This document shows positions 60,336 to 64,000 of a stretch of 64,000 bases of DNA, piece by piece. The notes beneath the pieces were generated by a model. It was given only the letters and a program-made list of their open reading frames with translations, did no database searches and was not told the origin of the DNA. The stretch is from Promethearchaeota archaeon (GTDB lineage: Archaea; Asgardarchaeota; Lokiarchaeia; Sigyniarchaeales; SOKP01). Location of the stretch: positions 32,001-96,000 of the forward strand of contig SHMW01000003.1 of NCBI GenBank assembly GCA_008080735.1, read 5' to 3'. The translations under genes were made by a program, and so were the position numbers. How positions within the stretch are numbered: the stretch's first letter is position 1; each line of letters starts with the position of its first letter.

Positions 60336-60719
60336 TTAGTCTTTATTTAAGATTTCTTTAATCTTTTTGAGCAATTCTTTGCCAGAGAAGGGCTTGGTGA
60401 TATAATAATCTGCTCCTAATCTCTTTCCTTTTTGAATATCTTCGTTAAAACTTTTTACTGTAAAGAGCACAACTACTATATCTTTTAGTTCGTCATCTGT
60501 CTTAATGGTTTCTAATACCTGATATCCACTCATCCCCGGCATCATAATGTCCAAAAGGATTAAAGCTATATCATCACCTTTTTCCTTGATTATTTTCATC
60601 GCTTCCTTGCCGTTGCTACACGTAATCGTATTAAAATCCCCCAATTCTAAAAACTTCTTCGTGAGGTTTAGAATATCGGGCTCATCATCTACGACCAATA
60701 TAGTTTCTTTATCTGGCAT
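60336..60719 (-). CDS. stand-alone response regulator receiver domain
   Basis: VVDDE, LLDIMMP..SG, T, GA..YITKPF. Confidence 0.93.
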   Translation of the reverse strand: MPDKETILVVDDEPDILNLTKKFLELGDFNTITCSNGKEAMKIIKEKGDDIALILLDIMMPGMSGYQVLETIKTDDELKDIVVVLFTVKSFNEDIQKGKRLGADYYITKPFSGKELLKKIKEILNKD

Positions 60720-60780
60720 TTTCTTTTTCAGTTTAAATTAATGCTCTTCTATTTTTATTAATTATATTTTACTTAAATAC

Positions 60781-61485
60781 ATGTCATATTTAAATTTTAA
60801 TCTATTAGAATTTATCTTGCTCATGACACGAAAAAAAAAATGCATATTACCTCAATTCCCTCATGATTATATCGGTGAGAAAGCGGAAGAGTACAACCAA
60901 CTTGAATGGATGGAGAGAAACCAGAAAAAGACGACTCTTCAATGTGTTGAATATCTTTTTGATCCTAAATTAGGTGAGTATAAGATCAAAAATTTTTCTC
61001 ATTTTCTAATATTAGATTTAGGATGTGGCACGGGATTCTCAACCGAAGTATTAATAGATATAGGATATAATGTGGTAGGCATAGACATATTAATGGATAT
61101 GCTGGAAAAAGCAGTTCATAAGACACACAATCTTTCAGAATCCACTATATTTGATCTGCTTTTAGCAAGTATTATACAACCCCCGCTTCGACCTTCCATG
61201 TTTCATCATATCATTTCTGTGTCCGCGTATAATTTTATAACCTACGGGAAAACAGAGATTTCTGAGGTACAGCAGACTTTAAATTCCACTGCGAAGTATT
61301 TAAATAGGTTACTTAAAAAAGAGGGGCGTATAGTTATAGAATTTTATCCAAATAATGACAAAGAATTAAATCTGTTTGTTTCCTCTTTTACTAGGAATAA
61401 ATTTGACGGATTCTTCATAAAAAATAATCCCCAGCAAAAGGCAGGAAAGACTTTTTTGCTATTGAAAAAAACCGATGAGATATGA
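60781..61485 (+). CDS. Bud23/WBSCR22-like class I SAM methyltransferase (start may be 60823)
   Basis: A..Y..Q..T, ILDLGCGTG.S, P.R..F..IS.SA, LKK.G....FYP.ND, NP..K.K.FL, all matching my recollection of yeast Bud23 motifs. Confidence 0.75.
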   Translation: MSYLNFNLLEFILLMTRKKKCILPQFPHDYIGEKAEEYNQLEWMERNQKKTTLQCVEYLFDPKLGEYKIKNFSHFLILDLGCGTGFSTEVLIDIGYNVVGIDILMDMLEKAVHKTHNLSESTIFDLLLASIIQPPLRPSMFHHIISVSAYNFITYGKTEISEVQQTLNSTAKYLNRLLKKEGRIVIEFYPNNDKELNLFVSSFTRNKFDGFFIKNNPQQKAGKTFLLLKKTDEI

Positions 61486-62609
61486 CCGAGTGCAAATTTT
61501 GTGGAAAAAAAGATCAATTAATTTCTAAGACGCTTCAAGTGTGCAGTGAATGTATTCTTGAGGGAAATTGGGACGAAATTGAAATTCATCTTAATTCTGT
61601 CCACTCAAATGTTAGAAGAATGGAAAAATTACCTGAACGCCCTCCTTCAATAGATGATGATAAAATGGTGTTTAAGTGTGATTTCTGTATTAATGAATGT
61701 TCCTTATCCGAAGATCAAACCAGTTATTGTGGCTTACGGAATCTCGCGAAAGCAAAAGAGAATGAATTGCCTCTACCTACTAAATCCAAAGGATATATTC
61801 ATGGCTACCTGGATGCTAACCCGACCAATTGTTGCAATGCGTGGTTTTGTCCTGCGGGTACGTCCAACGGATATCCCATTTATTCTAATTATAACGGTCC
61901 GGAATATGGTACATATAGTTATGCTGCCTTTCTTTATGGATGTTCCTTCAATTGTTTATTTTGCCAAAATTCCTCTCACAAACGAATTTCAAAATCAAAA
62001 CTTATGAGTGTCGATACCATTGTTAATCGATTTATAGAAAATGAAAAAATTACATGTGTATGCTTTTTTGGAGGCACTCCGGAGCCTCAACTTCCATTTA
62101 CGATAAATATCGCTGAGAAAATCTTGGAAGAAATGGAAAAAATACCAAATAGGAAAATTCGGTTCTGTTGGGAATGGAATGGAAGCGGTAATCAAAACCT
62201 TGTTGAGGAGTGTATGAAAATTGCGGTGAAAACAGGTGGAAATATTAAATTTGACTTGAAATCTTTTCATGAGAAGCTTAATTATGCTCTTTGTGGGGTA
62301 GGTAATAAAAGAACCTTAGCAAATTTCAAGTACCTTGGTGAAAAATACTTCGGGACTCGATCAGGAGTGCCCGAAATGAGTGGATGTACCTTATTGGTGC
62401 CTGGCTATACCACCCATAAGGAAGTCGAGCTCATTGCCAAATTTATAAGTAATATCAATCCAGAAATTCCTTACTCCCTTTTAGTGTTTCATCCGGATTA
62501 TCGGATGTGTGATTTGCCAACCACATCCAAAAAAGAAGCGTATAAATCGCTTGAAAAAGCAAAATCCTATCTAGAAAATGTCCATCTAGGAAATCAGTTT
62601 TTATTATAA
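61482..62609 (+). CDS. radical SAM protein (PflA/AmmeMemoRadiSAM-like) with N-terminal Cys motifs
   Basis: GCSFNCLFCQN, FFGGTPEP, KFDLK, FHPDY; ATGA overlap with the upstream gene. Confidence 0.9.
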   Translation: MTECKFCGKKDQLISKTLQVCSECILEGNWDEIEIHLNSVHSNVRRMEKLPERPPSIDDDKMVFKCDFCINECSLSEDQTSYCGLRNLAKAKENELPLPTKSKGYIHGYLDANPTNCCNAWFCPAGTSNGYPIYSNYNGPEYGTYSYAAFLYGCSFNCLFCQNSSHKRISKSKLMSVDTIVNRFIENEKITCVCFFGGTPEPQLPFTINIAEKILEEMEKIPNRKIRFCWEWNGSGNQNLVEECMKIAVKTGGNIKFDLKSFHEKLNYALCGVGNKRTLANFKYLGEKYFGTRSGVPEMSGCTLLVPGYTTHKEVELIAKFISNINPEIPYSLLVFHPDYRMCDLPTTSKKEAYKSLEKAKSYLENVHLGNQFLL

Positions 62610-62652
62610 TTCCAAATACTAAGGCGAAATGAGATGATTTCAGAAATTAAAA

Positions 62653-63762
62653 TTAAAATGCTACATATGGAAATGAGATCTTAACTAATTTATCAATTTT
62701 AGGTCTTAATTCGTTCAAATCAAACATTTCATTAATTTCTTTTAACAATTCATAGGGCCAAGTACGAGTAAATCTGATAATAGACTTCTTGAATAGAGCT
62801 GTTTCCCCTCCAGAAATCACCACAAAGATTCCTTTTTTCTCTGCTAGAGAAGTTACCAGAATTTTAAAATCTCCCGCATCGATATATTCTATGCTAGCCC
62901 CTGCTCCAAGAACTTCTTTAAACATTGTAGAAACCGCAGACAAAGCCCCTGCCATTAAATGTTCTATGTTTTTTTTCGGTTGAATTTCATCCAAAGCTTT
63001 TACTTTTCTAAAATAACAAGATGTCCCACCCTCATTAAAAATCATAAAGTTAAATATTGGAAAAGGTATTAAGTAAAGATAATCTGGATGGAGTATGAAA
63101 TTGGAAATTATTAATAATAAACCAATTAAAGAGAATATTAGCGCAATTGAAGTTAAAATTTCGTAGGCCGTTTCATAGAAAAATATATCCCTAATCAAGT
63201 ATAACAAGCCATAGATTATCAAACACATCAAGCCGACTGATTCAATGAGGATAGCTCTAATTTTAATTACTTTAAGTTCCTTCATTACTGTAATAAAAGC
63301 TAAAAGGAACACAGAAAAAATTATTACTGATGATAAGAAATTCGCAAAACGAAAGAGAGTAAATATAAATATATCCCCAATCAATCTTAACTCTGTGTAA
63401 TATATATTTAAAGAAAACCCATTTAAGGACATATAAATAGGGATGATAAGCTTACTTGAAACTAAGAAAATGTATAAACCTAATATAATTATTAATAAAC
63501 TTAATCTGGGTCTTGGATGAGAGATCTCTTCATAATGAAAAAATAAAAACAAGATTCCCAATGGTAAAAAACTTGTCATTATCATCATAAGAATTAGATT
63601 ATCAATATTTAATCCTACAGCAGTATTGGCAATTGCAATGCTTACCAACGTAGCCATGAGATATTTAATGTCAGTTTTAAATTTTCGGCTTTTTTGATAG
63701 ATTATTCCAACAAGTACCAATAAGGTAATAGAGATGGTTAAAATTAAAATATTTGAAATCAT
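62653..63762 (-). CDS. multi-TM (about 7) protein with C-terminal longin-like domain
   Basis: Hydrophobic N-terminal 225 aa; FNEGG..Y, LMAGALSAVSTMFKEVLG..IEYID. Confidence 0.7.
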   Translation of the reverse strand: MISNILILTISITLLVLVGIIYQKSRKFKTDIKYLMATLVSIAIANTAVGLNIDNLILMMIMTSFLPLGILFLFFHYEEISHPRPRLSLLIIILGLYIFLVSSKLIIPIYMSLNGFSLNIYYTELRLIGDIFIFTLFRFANFLSSVIIFSVFLLAFITVMKELKVIKIRAILIESVGLMCLIIYGLLYLIRDIFFYETAYEILTSIALIFSLIGLLLIISNFILHPDYLYLIPFPIFNFMIFNEGGTSCYFRKVKALDEIQPKKNIEHLMAGALSAVSTMFKEVLGAGASIEYIDAGDFKILVTSLAEKKGIFVVISGGETALFKKSIIRFTRTWPYELLKEINEMFDLNELRPKIDKLVKISFPYVAF

Positions 63763-64000
63763 ATATAAATAATTTCGTATAGCTTTTTTAAATATATCTA
63801 CAAATCTCTCTTATATATCACTCCTCATTACATTTGAATAGCTAAAATTACGAAGATTGGAATTATTTATATATCAATTAATGAATATGGTATAGTAGCA
63901 GTATTTTATAGGGGGAAATGTATTAGACTATTCAGAAAATAAAAATCATCTCAATGGGGGGGATTATATTATGAAAGGATTAGAGAATAGAACGCGTTTC

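Noticed and set aside
1-64000. CRISPR arrays, rRNA/tRNA genes, intact transposases, and the many short ORFs overlapping annotated genes
   Set aside because: No regularly spaced repeats, GC-rich structural RNA blocks or transposase motifs were seen; the overlapping short ORFs are antisense or alternate-frame shadows of well-supported genes.

Overview
AT-rich archaeal chromosomal segment, most likely Asgard (Lokiarchaeia/Promethearchaeota). This is inferred from longin-like proteins, a C4C4 RING protein, a Bud23-like methyltransferase, IPGF-type C-terminal sorting tails and TATA-box promoters. The window is dominated by nitrogen/glutamate metabolism: split archaeal glutamate synthase domains preceded by an HdrB-HdrC fusion, glnA with a divergent Lrp/AsnC regulator, a second FMN glutamate-synthase-like gene, NfnAB/SudAB, gdhA, icd-like, ilvE, guaA and argF. 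It also holds two convergent metal ABC importers, each with a visible operator, a heterodimeric ABC exporter, an inverted pair of SLC13/ArsB-NhaD permeases, sugar-modifying enzymes and several pseudogenes. No rRNA, tRNA, CRISPR array or intact transposase was seen. Best leads not shown by the ORF track: (1) a 46-codon ORF with an in-frame TGA in a C-x-x-U context (candidate small selenoprotein) followed by a structured element; (2) an Ile/Val/Leu/Ala-rich leader peptide with two hairpins ahead of ilvE (attenuator-like); (3) a shared semi-palindromic box upstream of five glutamate/glutamine genes; (4) a tandem TTACGA-N4-TCGTAA operator for a DtxR variant with remodelled metal ligands; (5) a NikR-like operator ahead of an ABC permease-methyltransferase fusion. 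All family assignments come from motif recognition by eye; no database searches were run.
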